A stretch of 64,000 nt of DNA from Eutreptiella sp. 'Long Island Sound 2002'. Taxonomy: Eukaryota > Protista > Euglenida. Location: positions 58,156,001 through 58,220,000 of the forward strand of contig OZ038378.1 of NCBI GenBank assembly GCA_964036045.1, in the 5' to 3' direction. Shown piece by piece: positions 13,435 through 24,675 of this stretch. Position 1 is the stretch's first letter. The number at the start of each line of letters is the position of its first letter. The position numbers were made by a program, and so were the translations under genes. The notes beneath the pieces are model-generated. The model saw only the letters and a program-made list of their open reading frames with translations, was not told where the DNA came from and did no database searches.

Positions 13435-15638
13435 ATGTCTTCTGCTATTTCTGTCAATGTTGTACATGCTGCAGCTACTGGTGCTTTTGCTACTACAGCC
13501 AAAGGGCTGTTGCGAAATGCATTACGTGGTGGGACTCTGCAAAAGCTTTTGCAATTCTGCCTCATGTTGCGGAGGAATCGCAGGAGGCGGCACTCCATGA
13601 CACAGTTGAAGGCTGCCGCCACTGAGAAGAAGCCCCCACGATGGTACATGACATTTTTGTCACAGTTCCATGCCCGATACTGCCTGCTGCGTCGTATGGC
13701 CCTCCCATACTCTAACTGTGGGTCTGGTCACAACTGGGGTATTATGTCCTGCCGCCAACGCCGTAAGGTAGGAGTCCTTGGTCAGTGTAACACGAAACAG
13801 GAGTCCATTCACCATCGTGCTGGACTAGCAGCACACAACTTGTGGAACACCATGCACCGTAGGCAAGTTTGTATATGGTTTGATAACCTGAGGCGTTACA
13901 AGTCGGGAGCTGATCCCCATTCACCTGACTTAACCCTAAACTGTACAGCTGTTGCTGTTTTGCACACTACTACCCTACCTGCATACCGGGGTCTGCCGGA
14001 GCTGGCCGAAATTGAGGCCAGGGTACCAAAGGTTGGAGATGACATCTATCGGTCACATAGAGCATTGTTTGATCGTATTGATGTTGCCAACCAAGGTATT
14101 CAGAGAGTTTGGGTCGTGCTCGTTTAGATATTGCCAGAAAAAAGGTTCGTTCCCTCAACTGGAGACCCTTTTTCCTGTCCGAGCTCCGCTCCGGCACACA
14201 CAAAGAGCTTTTGCAACTCGTGGTTGATTTGTCATGTGTGGAACACCGCACTAGACACTGTGTTCCGCTGCTTGTGGACATGAAAATACACTTTGCCCTA
14301 CTTAAGCTGTGTTATGGTGCCGCTTATGTTCCGTGGAATGTACCACAACTACTGTTGGGTTTTCCTTTGGTGTACGGAGTATGGCATAGCTATAAGTAGT
14401 GTGTTGAATTGATCTACAGGGCGTTCCTGCCGTTCATTAAGTTTTTGGAGCAGGGGAATAGCCTTCAAGTTGGGTCTATCCTCCCTCGCAAGGTCAAGGT
14501 CATCCATATGGAGAAGACGTTGCTTGGACTCATGCTAGCCACATCGTCCAATAGAGGCAAGCTAGATGAGCGCGCATCTGCCCTGCTCAGTAGCCAGCGG
14601 GACTTGACACCCATTCAACGCAAGGGTTTGCGTATGTTATTAGCCCTTAAGGCTTTGCTGTACACATACTGTCGAGCTGCTTTCAGCATTGGGACTTTGG
14701 TTCGTGAGTGCAACTGGGAGGGCCGGGGGGCAGGTTCCGGGATTGTTGCTAAGCAGGCACTTGAGATGTCCCTACTGCTCATGCTGAACATCCTAAAGCC
14801 CGAGGAGCAGTTAGCCACGGAGTATGTGAAAACCACTGCTGTTGCTCTTTTGTTTTGGAGTCAGTGGCATTCTGCCTCCCTAGGGTATATCCAATCCGAG
14901 GAGCTGGGTGAGGCACTTCTGAGTCGGTTCTCAGCCCACTGTCGCCGCAACACAGCCTGTGCCAGTGTCCTACAGTCTTCTGATTTGTTTCTGACGCTTC
15001 CCCCTGTCCAACCGGGAGAGAAAGTTTTGCGTGGTGTGCTGACTGAGAGATCCGTGGCAATGTTTTCTGCCAATCTTAAACAATTCATCTTGACCGCCCA
15101 TACACAGAGCCTGCCCATATGTGTTCCCGTTCCGGACTACAAAGTTGAGGTGAGAAGACTAGATGCAGCTGAGGATCTGACTTTCCCCGGTACAATGTCT
15201 AGGACACGAATCACCACAGACCGGTTACAATCGGTTCTGTTGCATGCAATGCAAAATCTGCTTGCGCGTACCAGGGTTCGTGAGGGTGTTGAGGATTTTT
15301 TACAGACAAATGCACCCGCTCGCACTGCTGCCCAGCAAGGGGTATTGCGTACTGCACATGCTTCTATCCGCACTGCCAACCGTGCACCGCCTGCTGCTCC
15401 TGGTGGGATTGCCTTGCCCCCAAAGCCACCCCCGAAGCCCCGAGCCAGAGCCCCCCCAGTACCCCCCCCCAGCCCCCCCCCCCCCGCCCAGTACCCCCAC
15501 CCCGCCCCCGATGATTCCGTTGCCATCGACTCTTGTGATAGTGACCGGGATATTGATTGTGATGCAGACAGCGTTGCCTCCTTTGAAGCCCTAGATGAGG
15601 CAAAACACATCAGTGTGGATACCCAGGACTGGGACTGA
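13435..15638 (+). pseudogene. DDE transposase, CMC/Transib/RAG1-like, with a frameshift near 14127 and a stop near 14397
   Basis: Motifs are CIWFDN (D1), PLLVDMKIH (D2), YGVWHSYK (xxH) and IQSEELGEALLSRF (E; resembles Transib SEEAxEA). All align with the copies at 38.2-41.5 kb and 55.2-56.6 kb. Confidence 0.65.
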
Positions 15639-15731
15639 TTTCTGTTTGCAGCTGTGTTTGTCACTGTGGTATGGGTTTTGCCACGCATTGCCAGTGATTT
15701 TGGTGTTTCTATTTGCTGTTTCATGTTTTTC

Positions 15732-15888
15732 TGGCCGAAATTTCGGACACACTTGTTGTTTGGTCATATGGCTACCCCCGGAACACAAATGACATGCGGT
15801 TCTGGCCGAAGTTTCGGCCAGCCCCTCAGAATACTATTTCTGCACAGTGGTTTAGCATGCAGAGCAGTGCTGGCCGAAATTTGGGCCA
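15732..15888. repeat. Second intergenic cluster of three 18-bp palindromes
   Basis: Copies at 15732, 15803 and 15871 (periods 71, 68). Confidence 0.9.
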
Positions 15889-16007
15889 TGTTATCCGATT
15901 TTCCTGTCAGGCGGTCCGTTTTGGTCCTTTTTTGGTTGATCCGCGCTTGTTATTTGCTATTTGGGAACTCTCCCCTCATGAAATGTTGCCGTGTAGCATC
16001 TTATTTG

Positions 16008-18399
16008 ATGACTGAGCCTGGAGAGGTATCACAGGACGTGGCTGCTTCGCCACATGGTGAGCCTGCAGCAGACAATGGGCAATCTCAAGTGCAATCCCAG
16101 TCTCGAGAGGACCAGGCGAGCACAGAGGGACTTCAAAAGAAGCCTAAGGCCGCACCAAAGAAAAATTCAACATCCTCCATCAAGTTATCCAACTGGGTTA
16201 CGTCAACGACGAAAATAAAGGTTCGCTGGGACCCGATTATTATTGACCACGACCGAAAATTTGGGCAGGTCCGTAGGATATCGGATGATCGCGTGCAACG
16301 CCGCTACGACGATCTGAAGGCAGCCCCGCCTGTGGATTACATCCAGGATCTCCTTTTTTATAAAGTCACTCGTATGTGTGTTGTGGTATTCTTCTCGATG
16401 GTACCGTTTTTGTGCCTGAATTTTCGACCCTGCTGTTTCGAATATTCATGTTGCGCAGCCACTCGCTGGGTTCTGTTGGGGGGTCAGCATGTTTACACTG
16501 CTGCCCAAAAACACAAGACGGAATTTGAGATGAAAAATATGGAGACTCCGGATTGGACCCTGGTATTTGGTGGTTATGAAGTCAAACAGGACTGCCCCCT
16601 GCGGACTAGGCGCCGGCTTGCAGGCTTACATCAAATCCAGACCACTGCTGGCTCAGCATCCACCACATCGGAGCATATGTCCCTACTCCTGGATAGGCTT
16701 GAGGATGAGGATGCCAATGAGTACACCCTTTACCATCACATTACTGTTATGCTTGAAGAGTGTGGTGTTACTGCCGAGGAAGGCACTGTGGTGTGTTTCG
16801 TTTATTAATTCGGTTTCGTCGATCGACCTAGCCGAAATTTCGGCCAGCTTCTGTGTTCCACACGTTCTCCTGTGCAGACTGCTGTTGCCAAACGGTGGGT
16901 TGGCGTTGGGCGTTTGGTGAAATTTGTGGGTCTTGCTGCAGTAGACGCCATGGCAGCCATGGAGAAGCGTGGATTACATCCCGCACGGGGTACGTTCAAG
17001 GAAGTGGAAGGCATCACGCTTGACCGACTTCGCGACATCGTAGGTTACATGGATGGGACAAAAAGTACCCTACCTGATCTCAAAAAAAATTTTAAAAGAT
17101 GTTAAAAGGGCCCAGATGTGGTCCTGGCACATTCTTCATCCCGAGGCGGTTGCCAATGGGCTTGTGAACAACACCAAAGGTATGTTTTGGTCAAACAGGG
17201 GTTTGTATTCGAATAAATCGACCGACGTGGCCGAAATTTCGGTCAGCTTGTGTGTCGTTCAAGTAATGCACAATAGGAGCCCACCGCGTGATACCACCTG
17301 TCTGCAGCTACACTTGGTACTATCGAGATGGCCAAAAGGCAGTGCGCTATCGCATCACACCTGAAGGTAGCCTATGGCAGCTGGACCTCGACTGAAGAAA
17401 ACCCCTGGCCACCGTGGTCTGCAGTAATTAAGGCCCCTCTTTGGAAGGAACCCAAATATGAGGTTTGCGGGGATTGTTGCAGAAGCCTGTTGCTAAGCCT
17501 GTTTGTGAAAAATCTGATACTGGTCTGGTTAGTATCCAGTGTGCTAGGGAGTCCCTCGTGGAGACAAGCACAAGCAAACTCATTGCAGAGTCAGGGCCGT
17601 GTGGAACTGATGGCAATGCGTTGTGGAGTCCTTGTTCCCAGTATCATTAGTTCACTGCCCTTTGGTGCTTGTGTCATTGAGTTGCCCCGCCTCTATACAG
17701 CTAGCTGGTTTGCATAACCTGGTTGCGCAGGTGCTTCTGTCCGGTGTGCCTGTGTTCATTGCGGGTGCCACTGTTGCTGCTTTGAAGGCCACTGTGGCTG
17801 AGGATATGTATCAGTGTGATGTTGCAATTTACAATTTGTCAACCAAGACCCCGTTGTATACTTCCACTTCCCATCTGGTTTCCGTTTGTTGTGCCACCGC
17901 CTTTGATAACAGGATGCCCCGTTACGTGGCTTATACTGAAGGACCCATGTCGTCTGTGATGCCTGTTGAGATATTCTCGATTCTTTTGAGCCTGGTTCCG
18001 GTCCCAGAACGGGCAGGCAATTGGTTTCTGCTGGGGACTCTGTCTGTGTATTTTGCAAGCATGATGTCTACCAGGTTTTCGAAGGACTGTAATGTTGTGT
18101 GTGCCCTTTTGGGTGAGGAGACTGTTGTGCCTGATGAGTTTGTTCTGTCCATAAGAGCGGCTATCACCAACGCTGACACGTGCCCCCCCAAGTCATGGGA
18201 GGATGTGTACCATGATTTGGGGGCAGGTTTTCCTGTGGATTGTTCTGGGGTTAGGTATGTAGATGAGGATCCTGAGGAGCAAGATGGGGAGGCAGAGTCG
18301 CAATCAGAGACACACACTACAAAGAAGAAACCCAAAACTGCCCCTGCCCCCTCACCCAGTGGCACGCAGTGCGCTCAGGCCACCCCAGCTTCCTCCTGA
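16008..18399 (+). pseudogene. Multi-exon gene: ParB/Srx-like N-domain, helical region, possible degenerate DNA-methyltransferase-like C-terminal region
   Basis: GQVRRISDDRV...WVLLGGQHVYTAAQK...RRLAGLHQ resembles ParB box I (QxR) and box II (G.hR..A). GT-AG introns lie at 16372-16458, 16791-16877 and 17180-17263, with a frameshift near 17095. The C-terminal block aligns with 42956-43810. Confidence 0.5.
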
Positions 18400-18622
18400 G
18401 GCACTGTGGCCCCTACTGGCAGAGGTATGAATGCTTTTGTGAATCATTTTTTACCATCCCAGGGTGGAAACACACAATCACAGAACTCTGCCACTGCCAA
18501 GCCTTGTGCTGCAGCCCATGCCAAGCCTCCTGCCAACACAGGTGCTAAGAAGCCCCGTGCATCTGGTCAGCGCAAGCGCTAATGCCAGTCCTACTGCTCA
18601 TATTGAGTGTCAATATGAAGTC

Positions 18623-18944
18623 TGGCCGAAATTTCGGCCAGCATGCAGTCCTCAGCCTCTTCAGCCTCTTATTATTGTGTCTCCCCATAGGCACTGCAAA
18701 AGTCTGATTTGATTCGTCAGGTGGCAAGTATTTGCTTGTAATTGAGTATATTATGTTGCACACCCTGTTCAAATGTCACTGCTCCTGTGTTCCTTGCTCA
18801 TGTCTACTGTCATAGGTACCCATTTCAGTGATCATATTCGGAGTTTCGATGGACCTGGCCGAAATTTCGGCGAGCTTAGGCCTGTCTGCCAAATAGGACC
18901 ATGTGTTTGGACATTTTTCGAAGAGCTGGCCGAAATTTCGGCCA
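18623..18944. repeat. Downstream copies of the 18-bp palindrome
   Basis: Copies at 18623, 18856 and 18927; the last pair is 71 bp apart. Confidence 0.9.
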
Positions 18945-20746
18945 GGCTGGTTAAAATAGGAAATAGAAGTACATGCTTTGGGGATAGTTTTCTGTGTCCT
19001 TCGATGAAAGGTATGTTTGGGGTTCCCTTATCTGTGATGTATAGGGGGGTTCTGTGATCACCATGGAACAGAGGGGAGAGAAAAAATAGCCCCCCCCCCC
19101 CCCCCCCCGCACTGGAATGCAGTGGTCTAAATGTAAAACAACACTATATTTTGGTGATTGAATATCTTTATTTTGAAAATCTGTGTGTTTCCAGAAATGC
19201 AAATAATGGCATATATTTGAAGTACACACCTTGTTTTTGCATGTTGCCACCAGGGGGGTTTGGATACCCGAAAAATAACACCCCTTTTCACATACTTTTC
19301 CCCTCACTACAACATGGACTTCCGTGGGCCATAGCGCCAGGTGGGGAGTGGGCAACTTGTGACGCCTAAGCAATGAAGGGGAGTCACCAGAGGTTGGAGC
19401 ACATGTTGCGCTACAGCCTGGTGCCCAAGCCTCCTGTAGCTGAAGCTAGTTGTGCAAGTGGTGATGTAAAACCACACCATGATGATTCTGTGACACCAAA
19501 CGGGTGGGATGTAACGTGGAGGGCGCAATTGGGGAGGGGCCCACGCTTTTAGGAAGCTAGGCCGGGCGTGCCACGGCACGCTTTCTAAGCAAAACGGACC
19601 ACCGTGGAACCCTTGAAAGGCGGCTCCGATGTTGCAAGTGAGGAATATGAAGATGGATGGTGAACGATCGCGTTGGTTGCTTGTGGGACAGGGTGCCTAT
19701 CGCGGACTAGGGGGGCGGGCGTTTTGGCGGCGGTGGGTGTGAATGACAACTAAATTGACATGAATGCGTACCTAATTAGTATTTCGTTCACGGGGATCAT
19801 TTCTACTACAATGTTGGCGAGGTAATTTTACCGTTTTGCGCATCATTTGGACATGGTGGGTTCGTTGGAGGTTTGTTCTCTGCTCGATGATGTGGAGCGA
19901 AATAATGGCGAGAGTTGAAGACCTCAACATGCTACGTATCAAGCCAAAAACATTGATTTCTCTTGGTAATTCCCAGTTGCGGCACTCTCACATGAGCTAG
20001 AGTTGCCCATTTCAATGGCCCCTTAACCCCCGTTTAGAAAGGGTACCCGTACGCTACAAGCGGGGAGTGGCCCTTTGCAACCGGGGGCCAGCAAGGCCCT
20101 GGGGCGGGGTGGCGAGGGGTGGGTGCGGGGGGAGTTGCGTTCAGGTATGCGAGGTTCTGGTGTTGGGCGTTGTGGTATGGGAGTTTAGGGCTGTGGGTCA
20201 AAATGCCTCCCATAATCCCCCCCCCCCCCGCACCCCAACCGCACACTTGAGCAAACGCTTAAAGTGCGGGCTCGAGGCTGTTTTCATATGCTTAATTTTT
20301 GAAGGGGTGCAAAAAATATTTCCAGGTTAATATCAAACGTTAATTTTCATATTTGGAACGCCGGTCCAAAAGTTAAATGTCAACCTCCACGTATTAAACC
20401 AAGTAGTCGAAAAATTAACCTTAAAAAATGGGGGTAGTGTGGGCGTTTTGTGTTTGCGCTTGTCCTGTCCGGATGTCTGAGGTGTCATGCAAGGGTGTGT
20501 GCCCTAGTGGCCTAGATTAAAGTCAATATGTTTAATATTTGGCCAAAAATTAACACGTTAATCTCAAGTTTCAATTTTTGTAGGGGGGGTTAGGGGGTTT
20601 GCCGTGAAAATTATGACCCCCATGGGTTGCCTTATAGGCTTGGGTGTCATTTCCCCCCAAGGGTTGGTCGGGGGGTCCTACCCATATGGTTGTTTCAAAA
20701 TGTTAAAATGGCTCTCGGCTTTAATTTTTGTTTTTAATTTTTTCAA

Positions 20747-20897
20747 CATGTTCTCGCGTCCGTCCATGGGGCAATCCAGATTCACAGGCATGAAGCAGGA
20801 GATGGCGTGCTTCAGCCCAACGGTTTGCAACTCCAGCGGCACATCCCGATGCCAAAGTTGTGGCTGATCCGACGTTGCCCGGACAAACCTCACACCC
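20747..20897 (-). pseudogene. N-terminal half of a PhyH-type 2OG-Fe(II) dioxygenase domain (displaced by inversion)
   Basis: Translates as RFVRATSDQPQLWHRDVPLELQTVGLKHAISCFMPVNLDCPMDGRENML (HxD motif) and joins in frame to 21214 when the inversion is undone. Confidence 0.75.
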
Positions 20898-21213
20898 CCA
20901 CAAACGAAGCGTCTAACCCCCCCAACGCAAACCCTACCACCGAACCCACTAACCCAAATAATCCCACCAACCCCACTAACCCCCCATCCGGACCCGCGAA
21001 GATGTGGGACCCCACTACGGGGTCCCATGAGGTATGAGGGCCCGGATAGGGACCCAATGGGCTACAATGGCCATGGACAACATACATAAGCACACACATG
21101 ATGCATTACATGTTGCGTTGTGCCATTGTTAGGAGGGTTAATATTTGGGGAAATGAGCTTGTAGTTGTGAGATTAATATCAATGTCGGGGACATTTTAAT
21201 TTTTAACTTTTTG

Positions 21214-22755
21214 TACGGTTCTGGCTCTGGTGTTCCCTATCCATGGCGGAAGGTCTCGATGAGTATGCTGGCGGGCGACTTGTGGGTCCTGAGCAGTTCC
21301 GTCATTCACCATCGTGGGGCTGTCCTTAGAGATGCGCCGCCTGGATCAACCCGTATCATCGCCTTTGCCGCCATTGCCACACGCCGCGTCGACTACGAGA
21401 CCACCGTGCCGATCATCCCGCCACCTTGGGCTGAAGCCCCCGCACAACAACCGTCGCCACCGTCCCCGAAGGACATGCATTGTACAACAGCGCAGTGCAA
21501 CCGCGTGGTGCACGCCAACCCGCCAGTGAAGTGTTTCGCCTGTGACGAACGTCCTCTTTGTGCTATACATGTCGGGCAACTCTGTGAAGACTGTCACCGG
21601 GATTCTAGGGATCCTGCTGTGGAGGCCACCCCTAGACCTGCTGTGGAGGCCGTGGCGATGTCAGCTGAGGGAGCAGAGGAAGTCGATGAGGATGTGTGGA
21701 CGCAAAAGATTGTGGAGGAGGATCTTTGCGGGTTTGGTGATGACACACACCTTTCCCATTTGTCACCGGAATCATGGAAAAGGCGGTTGCCGCACTGGAG
21801 GGTGGCATCCCACAGCTCAAGCCATACACGGCCATCAAGGGGAAGGCCCGAGCAGAGCGGCGGCACCACATACAGACCATCACGCGGGAATTTTTAGTGG
21901 ATCCGCAGGCAGTTGTCGTTGAGGGTGGTGGGGGGTTGTATATATGTTTCGCCGGGCACGACGACGATGAGGACCCTCGTGTAGTGCTCGCAATCGGACT
22001 GTGGGCCGCCGGTAGGAGATTGAAGTTATCAATACGGCAGATGTTGACCCTGCCGCGCGAATGCAAGCGCCGTGATCTTGCCGAAGCGCGCACAAGGATA
22101 ACACCGTACTCCACCACAACCTACGCTATCAATGGCCCCAACATGATCGAGCGGCGGTGCGCAGCGACAGCAACACTAGATGAACTCGTTGGTACGCAGT
22201 CGAAAATAGCCGAGACCCTAGGGGAGCTTGAAGTGGAAACTGAGAAGATTTGGATTTTCAAATGTCCTGATGCAACGTCATTGTGGCACACATCGGTCAC
22301 GAAGATTGATGTTTTTGTAAACTGCTAGGCCTCGGGGTTTTCTGCTGCAGGGATATCCATAAATGGGTGATGTGGGCGTACATGGATGGGCCCGATGACG
22401 CCGCATGGCTGCAGGCTTTAGACGAGGATGCGGGCCTAAATGCCCAAAGCATCTACCTACATGAAAGTTTTACATTCCGTGTCAAAAATGAAACCAAAAA
22501 GTTTTCATGTAAATTGACCGGGGATGGGAAACTAATGATGGTGACGAACGGGGGTGGGGAAGTGTTGGTGGGGCTGCCCCAACGCCACCGGGTTGGTGCC
22601 GACAGAGGGCACGGTAAACAAAATTCTATGGGGGGCATTTCTTCGAAGTTTGTGTATTCGCATTGGAGACTATGCACACGCAGGTTGTAGGGTAACGAAT
22701 GCTTTCAAGAAGCGCCTAACAGAAACGATTACCACGTTAACAATGGGTGTTGTTG
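21214..22755 (+). pseudogene. C-terminal half of 2OG-Fe(II) dioxygenase, Cys-rich Zn finger and truncated RAG1/Transib-like transposase
   Basis: AGDLWVLSSSVIHHRGA...TRIIAFA, then CTTAQC...CFACDERPLCAIH...CEDC, then CPDATS, MDGPDD, KLTGDGKLMM...GGGKCWW.C and IGDYAHAGCRV. Frameshifts occur near 21745, 22350 and 22560, and there is one stop. Confidence 0.7.
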
Positions 22756-22759
22756 GTGG

Positions 22760-24480
22760 CATTCTTCTTGCCCGCCGCCCGGGCCTCTTCCCGGTGCCGC
22801 TCGGCCTCCTCGGGGCTGGGGAAGAGGAGGGAGCGGCTCACCTCGTAGAGGGTGGTGCCGCCCGGGTATTCCACCCAAACGGCACCGTACTTCCGCCTGT
22901 GGATACCACGGACGGTGCCCCTCTCTCCCCCGTTGGGGTAGGGTACGTGGACGACCGTCCCGACGATCGGATCCCCGGGACGGTCGTCCTTCTTCTCGGC
23001 ACCCTTGGAGGTGTCGGTCTTGGTGGGGGCGGGGAGGTTTGCGGTGGCGGTCTTGGGGGGGTTGGTGGGTTTGGGGGCGGGGACGGCCTTCGTAGGGCGT
23101 GCGGTGGTGGTGGTCGGGGGGGTTTGGGCTTTTTGGGCCGGGGGATCGCCCCGTCGTCGCTTTCGTCCGACGACTTGAAAGAAAACTTTCGTTTCTTGGG
23201 GGCGGGTTTGGGGGGATTGGGCTTCGCTTGGGGGGGGGGGGGGGTGGTGGTGGACGCCTCCCCCCCTCTTCCCCCTCGCTCACCCCGCCCCCTCCCATGC
23301 TCCCCCACATCTCCTCATCCTCCCCCCCCGCATACCCCACCTCCTGCATGCGAGCCCACTCCCTGGGCCGCAAGTGGCGCGGCGACACCCATACGCCGCT
23401 CACCATGCGCGATGTCACCCAGTCGTGGAGACCGCGCAAGAGAGCAAGGCCCAGGGGTGGATCCCGGGCCACAATGCGATGGAGGGGCCCCAAGCGTACT
23501 TCTTGGGAGGCCTCGGCGTCTCGCCAGGCCACCCGAATGGGCCTTGCATTCGTTGCGTTGACCACGACGTCGATGACCTGAAAAAAAATGAAAAAAAAGT
23601 ATGAATTTTTTTCCGGCAACTTTTTTAATTTTTCGACCTTAATATTAACTCTTAATTTTTAATATTTCGACCGGCGGTGCAAAAACTAGATATTAATCTC
23701 GAACAATTAACCGTGGCGACCTAAAAATTAATGCAGGCAGCCAAGCAACATACCTCGAAACTCCCGTTGGTGCCGCCTGCCTGCACTGCCCCCATGGCCT
23801 CCCGGCAGAGAGAGGCGGCACTGGGGGCCTCCACAAGGGCCACAGGGGCTCCCGCGCTGGCCATCGGGGCCGCCTGGGCCGCCGGTTTGGCCACGTTCAC
23901 GGCCACCGCGGCCGCCTTGACCGCGCGGGACTGGGAGACCAAGCCCTCGTACGAGGGCAGGCACCCCGGGTCGTAGATGGGGCGGGGTAGGTCCGGGACA
24001 GTGGCGCAGTCCACCCCGAACGACACCACCTTGCCCTGGCGCCACTGCCTGACCCAGCCAAGCTGGGCCCAGTGCTGCAGCAGCACCAAGTAATGCGGCG
24101 TCCCATAACGGACGCCGCGAGGGTCAAAAAGCAAAATCAGTGCGGGCAAAGCGCCCGCACTGATTGCCTTTGGCATGGGGGCAAGGTGGGCACCAAGGAG
24201 GGGTTTCCAGAACAGACCCCCCCCCTTGGAGGCATCTATACCCCAGGTGCCTCTGTGTTCTCCCTCCTTCCGGCGAATCAAACACCGGACTAACCTCCGA
24301 AAATCCACATGACTGTCATGTGGCTATGCGGGGGGACGAAAAAACTGGTTGGTCCCCCGCGCACCCCTGCTCCAGCACTTGGGGTGACCGGGGGATCGGC
24401 TCCGCCTTCCGGGTGGTGGCAGACTGGGGGCCCGGGGCTTTGAGAAGCCACTAGGGGAGGGGGGGGGGTGATTGGGGGGG
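22760..24480 (-). CDS. Second gene of element C1: unknown protein with Pro-rich linkers and two possible Tudor/SH3-like beta-barrels
   Basis: Conserved with the C2 copy. An in-frame GT-AG intron lies at 23578-23753 (FE|VIDVVVN). Some homopolymer frameshifts are present and the start is uncertain. Confidence 0.5.
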
Positions 24481-24675
24481 GGTCAACAACCTCAACTCCA
24501 TCCCCGTCCCCGTCCCCGTCCACCTCGTCCACCACCACTTCCCCCTCCCCCTCTTCCTTAACCCCCCCCCCCCAGGCTGGCCTGTACCCCCCCTTGCCTC
24601 TGGCTCCTCTCCCTCTCTCTCCTCTCGCTGTTCTCCTTCTTCTTTTTCTTCTTCTCCTTCCTCTCCTTTTTTCGC

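Larger units (their letters stand above)
12900..19010 (+). mobile_element. Element A: two-gene DNA transposon (CMC/Transib-like transposase plus ParB-like gene) carrying 14 copies of an 18-bp palindrome
   Basis: Gene order and peptides are homologous to element B. Boundaries are approximate; no TIR or TSD was found. Confidence 0.65.

Noticed and set aside
22554-23561. Long plus-strand Gly-rich ORFs (also 31750-32590)
   Set aside because: They are antisense shadows of the GC-rich element C gene 2; only the first ~70 codons of 22554 belong to the inserted transposase.
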